DNA of 32,823 nt from Candidatus Krumholzibacteriia bacterium. GTDB taxonomy: Bacteria > Krumholzibacteriota > Krumholzibacteriia > LZORAL124-64-63. The DNA is taken from NCBI GenBank assembly GCA_014859985.1, contig JACZKN010000074.1:1-32823 (forward strand), given 5' to 3'. The notes under the pieces were generated by a model. The model was not told the DNA's origin, ran no database searches, and was given only the letters and a program-made list of their open reading frames with translations. The position numbers and the translations under genes were made by a program. Below, piece by piece: positions 11,089 through 20,696 of this stretch (position 1 is the stretch's first letter; each line of letters starts with the position of its first letter).

Positions 11089-11727
11089 GTGAACATCGTC
11101 ATCATGGGCCCCCCGGGTGTCGGCAAGGGCACCCAGGCGGAAGCGATCATGGCCGAGCGCCACGTCGCCTACATCGCGACCGGCACCATCCTGCGCGGCG
11201 CGGTGCAGGAGGGCAACGAGCTCGGCCTGCAGGTCGCGGCCCTGATGGCGGCGGGGGAGCTGGTGCCGGACCACCTGATGATGGAGATCATCAAGGAACG
11301 GCTCCTGCGCCCGGACGCCCGGGACGGCTGGCTGCTGGACGGCTTCCCGCGCACGGCGCCCCAGGCCGACGGCCTGCTGGCGCTGCTGGACGGGATCGGC
11401 CAGCGGATCGACCGGGTGCTGGTTCTGGACGCGCCCGACGACGAGATCGTCCGGCGCCTGGGGGGGCGGCTGACCTGCCGGGCCTGCGGGCACGTGACGA
11501 ACCTGCAGCGGGTCGGCGGACCGCCGACGGCATGTTCGACCTGCGGCAAGGATGCCCTGTATACGCGCGATGACGACAGCGAGGAGACGATCCGGCGGCG
11601 GCTGGAGGTCTTCCGCGAGCGGACCTGGCCGGCAGCCGAGCGGCTGGGCGAGCGGTCCGCCCTGGTGAGGATCGACGGCCGGGGCACCCCGGCAGAGGTC
11701 AAGCAGAGGATTGCGGGTGTCCTTTAG
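11089..11727 (+). CDS. adk: Adenylate kinase with Zn-finger LID
   Basis: GTG start, NIVIMGPPGVGKGTQA P-loop, LLDGFPRT, CRAC...CSTC LID. Confidence 0.96.
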   Translation: MNIVIMGPPGVGKGTQAEAIMAERHVAYIATGTILRGAVQEGNELGLQVAALMAAGELVPDHLMMEIIKERLLRPDARDGWLLDGFPRTAPQADGLLALLDGIGQRIDRVLVLDAPDDEIVRRLGGRLTCRACGHVTNLQRVGGPPTACSTCGKDALYTRDDDSEETIRRRLEVFRERTWPAAERLGERSALVRIDGRGTPAEVKQRIAGVL

Positions 11728-12505
11728 CAGGCAGCAGATCAAGTTGAAGTCGGCCGACCAGGTTGACAAAATGCAGGCCAGTGCCGACATTCTGGCTTCT
11801 GTCTTCCTCGAGGTCCGCAAGCTGGTGCGCCCCGGCGTGACCACCGGCGGGCTGGACGAGGCCATCGAAGCCATGATCCGGGATGCCGGCGGCGTGCCCT
11901 CCTTCAAGGGGTACCACGGGTTTCCCGGTTCCGCCTGCATTTCGGTCAACGAGGAAGTCGTCCACGGCATCCCCGGCCCGCGGGAGCTCCGCGACGGGGA
12001 CATCGTCGGCATCGACATCGGCGTGATCAGGGACGGTTGGCATGCCGACAGCGCCGAGACGCTGCCCGTGGGCAACGTCGACGCCGAGGCGGCCCGCCTG
12101 CTGCGCGTCGCGCAGGAGTGCCTGGGACGGGGCATCGCGGCCATCGCCCCGGGCGAGCGCGTCTCCGTCGTCGGCGTGGCGATCGAGGAGCACGCCCGCG
12201 CGCACGGGTACGCGGTGGTCGAGTCGCTGGTGGGACACGGGATCGGGCGCGACCTGCACGAGGATCCGCAGGTGCCCAACTTCCGCTGCTACACCATGCC
12301 GGACCCGGTGATGGAGGAGGGCCTGGTCATCGCCATCGAGCCGATGATCAACGCCGGGACCAAGCGGGTCGTCACCGCGCGGGACGAGTGGACGATCGTG
12401 ACGGCCGATCGCGCCCTCTCGGCCCATTTCGAGCACACGGTCGCCGTCACCGCCGACGGTCCCCGCGTGCTCACGCAGCGCGGCACGGGCGTCGCGGCGT
12501 TCTGA
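11717..12505 (+). CDS. map: Type I methionine aminopeptidase
   Basis: [14 protein letters not shown]-x10-D, GHGIG..LHEDP, IEPM, SAHFEHT; GTG 11717 after GAGGA (alternative TTG 11711). Confidence 0.96.
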   Translation: MSFSRQQIKLKSADQVDKMQASADILASVFLEVRKLVRPGVTTGGLDEAIEAMIRDAGGVPSFKGYHGFPGSACISVNEEVVHGIPGPRELRDGDIVGIDIGVIRDGWHADSAETLPVGNVDAEAARLLRVAQECLGRGIAAIAPGERVSVVGVAIEEHARAHGYAVVESLVGHGIGRDLHEDPQVPNFRCYTMPDPVMEEGLVIAIEPMINAGTKRVVTARDEWTIVTADRALSAHFEHTVAVTADGPRVLTQRGTGVAAF

Positions 12506-12528
12506 AAAACGGAGCGGAGGCTCTACGG

Positions 12529-12747
12529 ATGGCCAAGGAAGAGGGAATCAGCGTCGAGGGGACCGTCGTCGAGGCGCTGCCGAACGCGATGTTCCGGGTC
12601 GAGCTGGAAAACAAGCACGTCGTGCTGGCGCACGTGTCGGGGAAGATGCGCATGCATTTCATCCGCATCCTGCCCGGCGACAAGGTGACGGTCGAGCTGT
12701 CCCCGTACGACCTGACGCGGGGCCGGATCACCTACCGCTACAAGTAA
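12529..12747 (+). CDS. infA: Translation initiation factor IF-1
   Basis: [28 protein letters not shown]...[15 protein letters not shown]. Confidence 0.98.
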   Translation: MAKEEGISVEGTVVEALPNAMFRVELENKHVVLAHVSGKMRMHFIRILPGDKVTVELSPYDLTRGRITYRYK

Positions 12748-12797
12748 GAGCGGATCGGCGCGGGTCCGCGTGCGGCGCGCCGACGGGAGGCATCACG

Positions 12798-12911
12798 ATG
12801 AAGGTTCGCAGTTCGGTGAAGAAGATCTGCCCGAAGTGCAAGGTCATCCGGCGCAAGGGCGTCGTGCGGGTGATCTGCGTGACCCGACGCCACAACCAGC
12901 GCCAGGGCTAG
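12798..12911 (+). CDS. rpmJ: 50S ribosomal protein L36 (Zn-ribbon form)
   Basis: Manual translation [37 protein letters not shown]; SD GGGAGG; absent from the ORF track (37 aa). Confidence 0.97.
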   Translation: MKVRSSVKKICPKCKVIRRKGVVRVICVTRRHNQRQG

Positions 12912-12980
12912 TACCGGGCAGACGGCCGCGGCGGGCGTACGGACGCCGGGCGCGGCAGGGACAGGAAGAAAGGAGCCATA

Positions 12981-13349
12981 GTGGCACGCATCGCCGGTGT
13001 GGATATCCCCAGCAACAAGAGGATCGCGACTTCGCTGACGTACATCTTCGGCATCGGTCAGCACCGGGCCTTCGAGATCTGCGCCAAGGCGAAGATCGAT
13101 CCCGAGATCAAGGCGCGCGACCTCACCGAGGAGCAGACGCGTTCGATCATCGGCATCCTCGACAAGGAATACCAGGTCGAAGGTACCCTGCGTACCGAGG
13201 TCGCGATGAACATCCAGCGCCTGATGGACATCGGAAGCTATCGCGGGCTGAGGCACCGGCGCAAGCTGCCGTGCCGGGGCCAGAACACCAAGAACAATGC
13301 CCGCACCCGCAAGGGCCCCAAGGCCCGGCCCGGCGGCAAGAAGAAGTAG
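12981..13349 (+). CDS. rpsM: 30S ribosomal protein S13
   Basis: [12 protein letters not shown]...YRGLRHR..LP.RGQ.TK.NARTRKG. Confidence 0.98.
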   Translation: MARIAGVDIPSNKRIATSLTYIFGIGQHRAFEICAKAKIDPEIKARDLTEEQTRSIIGILDKEYQVEGTLRTEVAMNIQRLMDIGSYRGLRHRRKLPCRGQNTKNNARTRKGPKARPGGKKK

Positions 13350-13376
13350 CCCCGGCGGGGATCCAGGAGGTTTGAC

Positions 13377-13781
13377 GTGGCGACAGCCAAGGACAAGCGG
13401 GTCAAGGGCCGCAAGGCCAAGAAGAAGAAGCTGGACTCGGTGGGCGTGGCCCACGTGAAGTCGAGCTTCAACAACACCCTCATCACCATCACCGACCTGC
13501 AGGGCAACGCGATCACGTGGTCCAGCGGGGGCCACCAGGGCCGCTACAAGGGCTCGCGCAAGAGCACCGCGTTCGCCGCCCAGCTGGCCGCGCGCTTCTG
13601 CGCCCAGGAGGTCATCTCCAGCGGGATGCGCAAGGTCGAGGTGTGGGTGAAGGGGCCCGGTTCGGGCCGCGAGGCCGCCATCCGCAGCCTGAAGGCCGAG
13701 GGCCTGGAGGTCACGCGGATCAAGGACTGCACGGCCATCCCGCACAACGGCTGCCGGCCCAAGAAGCGCCGTCGGCTGTAG
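13377..13781 (+). CDS. rpsK: 30S ribosomal protein S11
   Basis: SSFNNT.ITITD..GN; [12 protein letters not shown]; [11 protein letters not shown]. Confidence 0.98.
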   Translation: MATAKDKRVKGRKAKKKKLDSVGVAHVKSSFNNTLITITDLQGNAITWSSGGHQGRYKGSRKSTAFAAQLAARFCAQEVISSGMRKVEVWVKGPGSGREAAIRSLKAEGLEVTRIKDCTAIPHNGCRPKKRRRL

Positions 13782-13841
13782 TCTACAACGATTGGCCGCG
13801 CGGGGCGACAAGGCGCCGCCGCCGGCCGGGAGGTTCGATCA

Positions 13842-14471
<630 letters not shown>

Positions 14472-14503
14472 GACGCCGCCGAGCGGAAGGGATGGAAAAG
14501 ACT

Positions 14504-15502
14504 ATGAAGTGGGTCAACATGATGATGCCCGAGGGCGTGAGGGTCCGGCCGGAGACGCGCACCGAGACCTTCGCGGAGATCGAGATCGCGCCCCTGGAGC
14601 GCGGCTTCGGCCACACCCTGGGCAACGCGTTGCGCCGGACCCTGCTTTCGTCGATCCACGGCCAGGGCATCACCGCCGTGCAGATGGACGGCGTCAAGCA
14701 CGAGCTGAGCACGATCCCCCACGTCCTGGAGGACGTCACGGACATCGTGCTGAACCTCAAGCAGGTGGTGTTCAAGCTGAGCGACGCGCCCGCCCACTGG
14801 GCGCGCATCGACGCCACCGGACCGGGCGTGGTCACCGCGAGCATGATCGAGGGCCACCCCGACCTGCAGATCGCCAACCCCGACCACGTGGTCTGCACGA
14901 TCACCGAGAAGGGCGACTACAGCGCGCGCATGTACATCGACATCGGCCGGGGCTACGTGGACCGCGAGTACCACACGATCCCCGACGAGGTGATCGGCGT
15001 CATCCGCATGGACACCAACTACTCGCCGGTGCGCAAGGTCAGCTTCCGGGTCGAGGACACCCGCGTCGGCCAGCGCACGGACTACGACAAGCTGGTGCTG
15101 GGGATCACCACCAACGGCGCGGTGCGGGCCGAGGACGCGGTCGGCTTCGCGGCCAAGCTGCTGAAGGACCAGCTGCAGCTCTTCATCAACTTCGACGAGG
15201 CGCCGATCGACGCCCAGGAGATCGAGGTCAACGAGGAGCAGGAGCGCCTGGTCGAGCTGCTGGCCCGCCACGTGGAGGAGCTGGAGCTGTCGGTCCGCTC
15301 GGCCAACTGCCTGAAGTCGGGCCACATCAAGACCCTCTACGACCTGGTGACCAAGAGCGAGCAGGAGATGCTGAAGTTCCGCAACTTCGGCCGCAAGAGC
15401 CTCAACGAGATCGCCGAGATCCTGGAGGGCATGAACCTGACCTTCGGGATGAGCTTCGAACCCGAGATCTCCGAGCGGGTCCGGGAGAAGACCGGCGACT
15501 AG
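14504..15502 (+). CDS. rpoA: DNA-directed RNA polymerase subunit alpha
   Basis: PLERGFGHTLGNALRRTLLSS; RVGQRTDYDKL; ELSVRSANCLK; NFGRKSLNEI; ATG 14504 (alternative 14492). Confidence 0.97.
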   Translation: MKWVNMMMPEGVRVRPETRTETFAEIEIAPLERGFGHTLGNALRRTLLSSIHGQGITAVQMDGVKHELSTIPHVLEDVTDIVLNLKQVVFKLSDAPAHWARIDATGPGVVTASMIEGHPDLQIANPDHVVCTITEKGDYSARMYIDIGRGYVDREYHTIPDEVIGVIRMDTNYSPVRKVSFRVEDTRVGQRTDYDKLVLGITTNGAVRAEDAVGFAAKLLKDQLQLFINFDEAPIDAQEIEVNEEQERLVELLARHVEELELSVRSANCLKSGHIKTLYDLVTKSEQEMLKFRNFGRKSLNEIAEILEGMNLTFGMSFEPEISERVREKTGD

Positions 15503-15566
15503 CCGGGCAGCCCCGTCCGGCGCGCGGACAGCCGCCGCCGGCCGTCGGATAAAGGATGGATGAGTC

Positions 15567-16103
15567 ATGCGCCACAACGTCAGCGGCCGGAAGCTGAACC
15601 GCACCCCGGCCCACCGCAAGATGCTGTACCGCAACCTGGTCACCGCGCTGTTCAAGCACGAGCGGATCCAGACGACGGTGCCCAAGGCCAAGGAGGCCCG
15701 CATCGTGGCCGAGAAGCTGATCACCTTCGCCAAGAAGGGCGATCTGCACTCGCGCCGCATCGCGGCCCGCAAGGTCAACGAGCCCGAGGTGCTGCAGAAG
15801 CTCTTCGCGGAGATCGGCCCCCGCTACGCGGAACGGCCCGGCGGCTACACGCGCATCATGCGCATGGGCCCCCGCAAGGGCGATGCCGCGGAGATCGCGA
15901 TCCTCGAGCTGGTGGACGGGACGGCCCGGCCCAAGGTCAAGGACACCCTGAAGCGCAAGCGGGCCCGCCGCGTCCTCGAGCTGGAGGAGAAGGTGGAGGC
16001 CCGGGCCGCCCTGCAGGAGGCCCACGACGCCGCCGAGGTCCGGAAGATCGAGGCCCAGGAGGCCGCGGCCGACGACGCGGACGAGGAGAAGAAGGGGGAC
16101 TGA
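15567..16103 (+). CDS. rplQ: 50S ribosomal protein L17 with charged C-terminal extension
   Basis: MRH..SGRKLNRT..HRK; I.TT..KAKE; RPGGYTRI; RKGDAA. Confidence 0.97.
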   Translation: MRHNVSGRKLNRTPAHRKMLYRNLVTALFKHERIQTTVPKAKEARIVAEKLITFAKKGDLHSRRIAARKVNEPEVLQKLFAEIGPRYAERPGGYTRIMRMGPRKGDAAEIAILELVDGTARPKVKDTLKRKRARRVLELEEKVEARAALQEAHDAAEVRKIEAQEAAADDADEEKKGD

Positions 16104-16193
16104 GGTTCCCGTCTCGCCACCGGGCGCCTCCGGGGTGGACCGGCTGACCGCCGGTCGGCCCGACCGAAACCGCCCGTGGTGCTCGTCCCGATC

Positions 16194-16237
16194 AGACACA
16201 CCCCCCGGCCCCTGGGCCGGGGGGTGTGTCTTCTTTT
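16194..16237 (+). terminator. Rho-independent terminator of the ribosomal superoperon
   Basis: AGACACACCCCCCGGCC-CCTG-GGCCGGGGGGTGTGTCT perfect 17-bp stem followed by TCTTTT. Confidence 0.85.
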
Positions 16238-16296
16238 GCCGGGGGCGACGCTGCGTTCCACCTCGGTGCTATGACTGGCCGTAGTGGAAATGATAT

Positions 16297-16326
16297 TTGA
16301 CAGTCAGTTGTTGATTGGTGTACGCT
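16297..16326 (+). promoter_or_regulatory. Putative sigma70 promoter for the accessory block
   Basis: TTGACA (16297-16302), 18-nt spacer, TACGCT, in the most AT-rich intergenic stretch of the window. Confidence 0.55.
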
Positions 16327-16400
16327 GGCACCTACATCCCGATGCGGCAATATGACTGAAAATGACATCCATATCTCCTAACTGAAAAAAGGGGGACGCC

Positions 16401-16535
16401 GTGCCCAGGTTAATCCTGCTCACCACGGTCTTATTCGCCGCCTTGGTGGATCCATCGCTGGCAATGATCCAGATACCGCCGTCGGAGAACTCCTACCTTT
16501 TGGGAGGGGGTATGATCCCACCGGAGACACGATAA
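16401..16535 (+). other. Out-of-frame signal-peptide segment, probably the true N-terminus of the 16553 gene
   Basis: GTG after AAAAAAGGGGG; MPRLILLTTVLFAALVDPSLA...ETR*; overlaps the open but start-less upstream part of the large ORF frame. Confidence 0.65.
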
Positions 16536-16552
16536 AGGCCAAGTTCATCTTC

Positions 16553-19500
16553 GTGTCGTTCCCGGTGGACGGTATCCCCGCGACCTTGACTTGGGACTAT
16601 CAGGGGCAGTTTCCGGCAATTTTTGACGATTACTTCGATAAGTTGACGAACGGCAAACTCCGCCTCGATCCTGCATCCGGGATCCTCTTGCCTCCCGGAG
16701 AGGTTCTAGATGAAGCTCATCCAACAGCGCAGACTTGGCAGGCCGAACTCGGCGGCGTGCAGTACCGGACCGATGCCTCGTTACCGGCGGGTTACACGTA
16801 TCGGTACCTCTCGGACTGGTGGGTGGGCCTCGACCACTACGCATCGCCGCTTGGGGCGGAGATCCTACACAAGATCTGGACCGCGTATGCGGGCTCCGGG
16901 CAGGATCTGTTCCCCGTCGTTCCAGGCGCGGATCCCGAGTGGCAGCTGTTCCTACTCTACGTGACCAACCGGTCGCCTTATGCCTGGGACATCGGAGGGC
17001 GCCCGAACGTGCCCGTCAGGGCGGTGGAAGTCAACGCCGGCACGGATGGATTCTTCGCCAACGTCGCGGTGACCCCGGGGGGCGAGTTTCTCGGCACGAA
17101 CCAGCAGGCGCTTGCCGCAGATGTGCTGCTGGGGCCGCGGCATCCCCATGCACCCTTGCGGCCGGTAATCCACGAGTTCATTCACACGCTCGGGATCCCG
17201 GACGGTCCGCCCAATCTCTATTTGGTGGACAATCTCTACTCGGAAATGAAATACTTCTACGGGAACCTCAACATGATCTCCCAGGCGTTTCCGCATGACA
17301 ATGATGGATGCGTGGGCATCGCCCCATTCAAGGGTTTCCCGCCCTTGGCCGATCCCCACCTGGCCCGTCTGCCCTGGCATGACGGGTCCGATGGCGGGGA
17401 AGTCGTCAGGGATTTCAGCGATATTTCGCTTTGGAACGAGAAGGTCTACTCCGTAGGCTCCGGCGGCAGATTCTACAAGTACATTGTCGGCGAAAACGTG
17501 TCCGGGACCTTTCCCATCGAGGAGAGCTTCATCTTTGCCTATCATGCCGGCGACGGGCTGGATGACCAGGGATACGTACCCGGCGAACCGGTCGTGCCGA
17601 GCCGCGGGCTAGCGATCTGGCACTGCATGGGTGACGGGTCAGGACCGGGTGATTTCCTGGATCTCGAATCGGCGCACGGGTTGTTCGACTACAAGGATCT
17701 CGGGCTACGTACATTCGTACCGTACTGGGGGGATCCGGCCGTCGCGGCCGCGGCCAATCCGATCGACGGCTTCGACAACTACGACCTTTGGGCGTACTCG
17801 CCGACGGATTACCGGACGGACTACTGCTCGGATGATGGGTCCGAGGCGGATTTCTTCCAGATCAACCCGACCGTACCCCATCTGGACAAGCGCCGCTTCG
17901 ACTGGACCACGAACCCGAACACGAACGGCTACGCCTGGCCGGACGGCTCGGGTGTCCTCGACCGGCGCCGTCCGCAGAACGTGCCGACCTCGCTGGTCGT
18001 CCGGATCAGGGGCACGGGCTCCGATGCCAATGGCGAGTACATGATCGTCGATCTGCTCTGCGGCCCGGCGGAGCGGGTCGTTTCCCCAACTCTCGACGGG
18101 CTGGTCTTCGCCCCGGGATCGACCTACGACCTCACGTTGTCCACCGATTACGCCGAGGCGATCTCGTCCTACGACGTGTATCTCTCGACCGACGGGGGGG
18201 CGAACTACTGGTACACGGTAGCCGAGGGTGTCCCCTACGGGCCGACGGACAACGTCTTTCACTTCACGCCGCAGGCGGGCCAGGGGACGGCTGGCGGCAA
18301 GCTGAAGTTCGTCTTCCACAACACCCGGGACCCGTCGCGGACCGCTGCGTCGACGACCGACGGCCTGTTCACGATCGACGCGACCGTCGTGGTCAGGGGC
18401 GATATCACGCTGCCGGATGGCGGCGAGGAACTTTCGACGCGGACGGCAGGTTTCATCGAATGGCACGACTTTTTCGCAGGATACCCCGCCCTGTCCCCTC
18501 AGATCGTCAGTGCGCAGATCGAGCTGCTGACGGACTGCCAGATCGACCCGATCCAGCTTGGCACGTTCTTCAACCCGACACTCGTCCACGAACCGGTCCC
18601 GGACGAGTTCTTCGAGTTCGTGTCAAGGGACGGCAGCATCTACGGCCGGGTAGCTTTCACGCCCGACGACACGCTGGTGTGCGACCGCGCCCGGATCAGG
18701 GTCACGTTCGAGTCGGCAACCGGGACCACGGTCGACGAGTCAGCGGCGGATTTCGCGATCCTGCCGTTGCCGGTGCGGTTCGTCGCAGAGGCGGCGGCCG
18801 AGCACGGCGTGGACTATACCGGACGGGCGGTGGGGATGAGCGTCCTGCATCTGGACGCGGACGACCTCCCGGACCTCTTCGTGGCTATCGGGAATAGACT
18901 CGCTGATCCGGATGAGCACTCGCACCTGTATAGGAACTCCAGCTTACAATTGGGCGAGATCCGATTCACCGACCTAACCGGATTCCGCTTCGTCGGCGGT
19001 GATCTGCCACCAGCCGAGGCGGACGCTGTAGCGATTGCCGACGCCGACGGTGACGGTCGCCTAGAGATTGCCATGGCTCACCTGACGACCCCGGCGTTCT
19101 ACGTGGAAGGTCCTGATGGTGTCTTTGCCAATGTCCTAGGCGACACGAACTACTTCGACCCCGATGAGGTCGCGCTGCTGGCGGAGTCCCGGAGCCTCGC
19201 CTGGTTCGACCACGATCACGACGGCGACCTCGATCTGCTTGTGGGCAAGGGGCTCGCGGCCGGACCCAGCCCGACAAGCCTGCCGCCTGTCCTGTTCCGC
19301 ACGTACAGCCAGGCAGATGGGGCGACCTCCACGCGGCTAAGGATCGACGACGGGTGCGGTCTCACCGCCTCGGAGAGCTTCACGACGGCGATTGCAGTCG
19401 CGGACTACGATGGCGACGGACTTTGGGAGATCGTGACGGACAATATCGCCAATCCCTTGGGGCGCCTGCGGGCGAGTGAAGAAGAGATTCCGGGCCACTT

Positions 19501-20686
19501 CGAGGCCGCGACTGCATTTGCCACGGAATTCGTTGGGCACAGCGGCCTGGGCGCGGCAGCGTGGGCCGATTACGACCGCGACAACGACCTCGATCTGGTA
19601 TGCGTCGACCAGTGGGTACTAGCGATTGCGGCGGGCGCCTACTTCTACGTCTATGAGAACGTGGGCGGCACTCTGGCACCGACGCCGACGATCACGCAAG
19701 CCCTGCCCGGCCGCAGCCGCGCGTCCCACGTCGCGGACATGGACCTCGACGGGTATCCGGATGTTATCGTGGTCGGCGACGAGACCACGGGCGGCGAGTT
19801 TTTCCTGAACAGAGTCAGCGATGGCGCCGTGGGCAACCGCTTCGTTGCGCGCGGGACGGCTTCCGGCTTCGTTTCTGCAGGGAGTTACGGCTATGCGGCA
19901 GCCATCGCCGACTTCAACGGGGACGGTTTCGCCGACATCATCGCCGGACGGGACGATCTGGCGGGACGTGTCCTGCGGACCGTCGACACGGGTCCCGGCG
20001 GCGCAAGCGCCCCGAATTGGCTGAAGCTGAAACTTATCGGTGACGGTGAGGACAACGAGGTGGGAATTGGGGCTACGGTCCGGCTGTCCACCCCGGGCGG
20101 TGATCCCCTCGGCGCCCAGGTGGTCGTGGCGGCCAGTCGGGCGGGCGGGCAATCAGATCCCGTTTTGACTTTCGGGCTGGGGACCTATGCCGGTGACGTC
20201 AACGTCAGGATCGACTGGCCCCTGGGTCTGCGTCAGGATTTCACGGTCGGTAGCGGTTCCCTCAACAGCCTGGTCACGATGGGGCAGCCGGTCGGGTTCA
20301 CGCTCGACAACGGATCGGTCGGCGTCACGAAGACATTCGACGCGATATATGGTTCCATGGAGTGGACTTTCGAGTGGCTCACGGACCGCCTGACATCCCT
20401 GGAGTACGACATCATCGCAATCACGAACACCAGCGGCGGGGACTGCATCTTCAGCGAACTCCAGGTTGCGGGGCCGGAATGGATCACGCCGGCCCGCTAC
20501 GAGATCGACGCCGTCACCGGCCAGGTCCGCTTCCGTCACGAAGCGACACTCCGCTTCGGGGATTGCCATTCACCCTGCGTCTACTCGTACACCGTACAGA
20601 GCCAGGACGCGCGCGACCTCTATCCGCAAGTCAGCTCCACGAAGACTCTGAAAGTCATGGCCTGTCCGGTCACGGGCGGAGAGTAG
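16553..20686 (+). CDS. Large exported multidomain protein: M6 (InhA)-like HEXXH metalloprotease + two Ig-like 'P.GGE' domains + FG-GAP/VCBS propeller + ASPIC/UnbV (CRTAC1-like); 5' end frameshifted
   Basis: HEFIHTLGIPD (17171-17203), PSRGLAIWHC, YLSTDGGANY, LPDGGEEL, seven DxDxD-type repeats, NWLKLKLIG...GIGATVRL...LTFGLG...IDWP. Confidence 0.8.
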   Translation: MSFPVDGIPATLTWDYQGQFPAIFDDYFDKLTNGKLRLDPASGILLPPGEVLDEAHPTAQTWQAELGGVQYRTDASLPAGYTYRYLSDWWVGLDHYASPLGAEILHKIWTAYAGSGQDLFPVVPGADPEWQLFLLYVTNRSPYAWDIGGRPNVPVRAVEVNAGTDGFFANVAVTPGGEFLGTNQQALAADVLLGPRHPHAPLRPVIHEFIHTLGIPDGPPNLYLVDNLYSEMKYFYGNLNMISQAFPHDNDGCVGIAPFKGFPPLADPHLARLPWHDGSDGGEVVRDFSDISLWNEKVYSVGSGGRFYKYIVGENVSGTFPIEESFIFAYHAGDGLDDQGYVPGEPVVPSRGLAIWHCMGDGSGPGDFLDLESAHGLFDYKDLGLRTFVPYWGDPAVAAAANPIDGFDNYDLWAYSPTDYRTDYCSDDGSEADFFQINPTVPHLDKRRFDWTTNPNTNGYAWPDGSGVLDRRRPQNVPTSLVVRIRGTGSDANGEYMIVDLLCGPAERVVSPTLDGLVFAPGSTYDLTLSTDYAEAISSYDVYLSTDGGANYWYTVAEGVPYGPTDNVFHFTPQAGQGTAGGKLKFVFHNTRDPSRTAASTTDGLFTIDATVVVRGDITLPDGGEELSTRTAGFIEWHDFFAGYPALSPQIVSAQIELLTDCQIDPIQLGTFFNPTLVHEPVPDEFFEFVSRDGSIYGRVAFTPDDTLVCDRARIRVTFESATGTTVDESAADFAILPLPVRFVAEAAAEHGVDYTGRAVGMSVLHLDADDLPDLFVAIGNRLADPDEHSHLYRNSSLQLGEIRFTDLTGFRFVGGDLPPAEADAVAIADADGDGRLEIAMAHLTTPAFYVEGPDGVFANVLGDTNYFDPDEVALLAESRSLAWFDHDHDGDLDLLVGKGLAAGPSPTSLPPVLFRTYSQADGATSTRLRIDDGCGLTASESFTTAIAVADYDGDGLWEIVTDNIANPLGRLRASEEEIPGHFEAATAFATEFVGHSGLGAAAWADYDRDNDLDLVCVDQWVLAIAAGAYFYVYENVGGTLAPTPTITQALPGRSRASHVADMDLDGYPDVIVVGDETTGGEFFLNRVSDGAVGNRFVARGTASGFVSAGSYGYAAAIADFNGDGFADIIAGRDDLAGRVLRTVDTGPGGASAPNWLKLKLIGDGEDNEVGIGATVRLSTPGGDPLGAQVVVAASRAGGQSDPVLTFGLGTYAGDVNVRIDWPLGLRQDFTVGSGSLNSLVTMGQPVGFTLDNGSVGVTKTFDAIYGSMEWTFEWLTDRLTSLEYDIIAITNTSGGDCIFSELQVAGPEWITPARYEIDAVTGQVRFRHEATLRFGDCHSPCVYSYTVQSQDARDLYPQVSSTKTLKVMACPVTGGE

Positions 20687-20696
20687 GAGGGGACCC

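Noticed and set aside
16104-16190. Possible structured ncRNA between rplQ and the terminator
   Set aside because: Only short imperfect GC pairings and no tRNA or known ncRNA hallmarks. Most likely a 3' UTR.
16502-16535. Strong SD (GGGAGG) plus ATG giving MIPPETR*
   Set aside because: Only 7 codons, and it lies inside the probable coding sequence of the frameshifted giant gene. There is no independent support.
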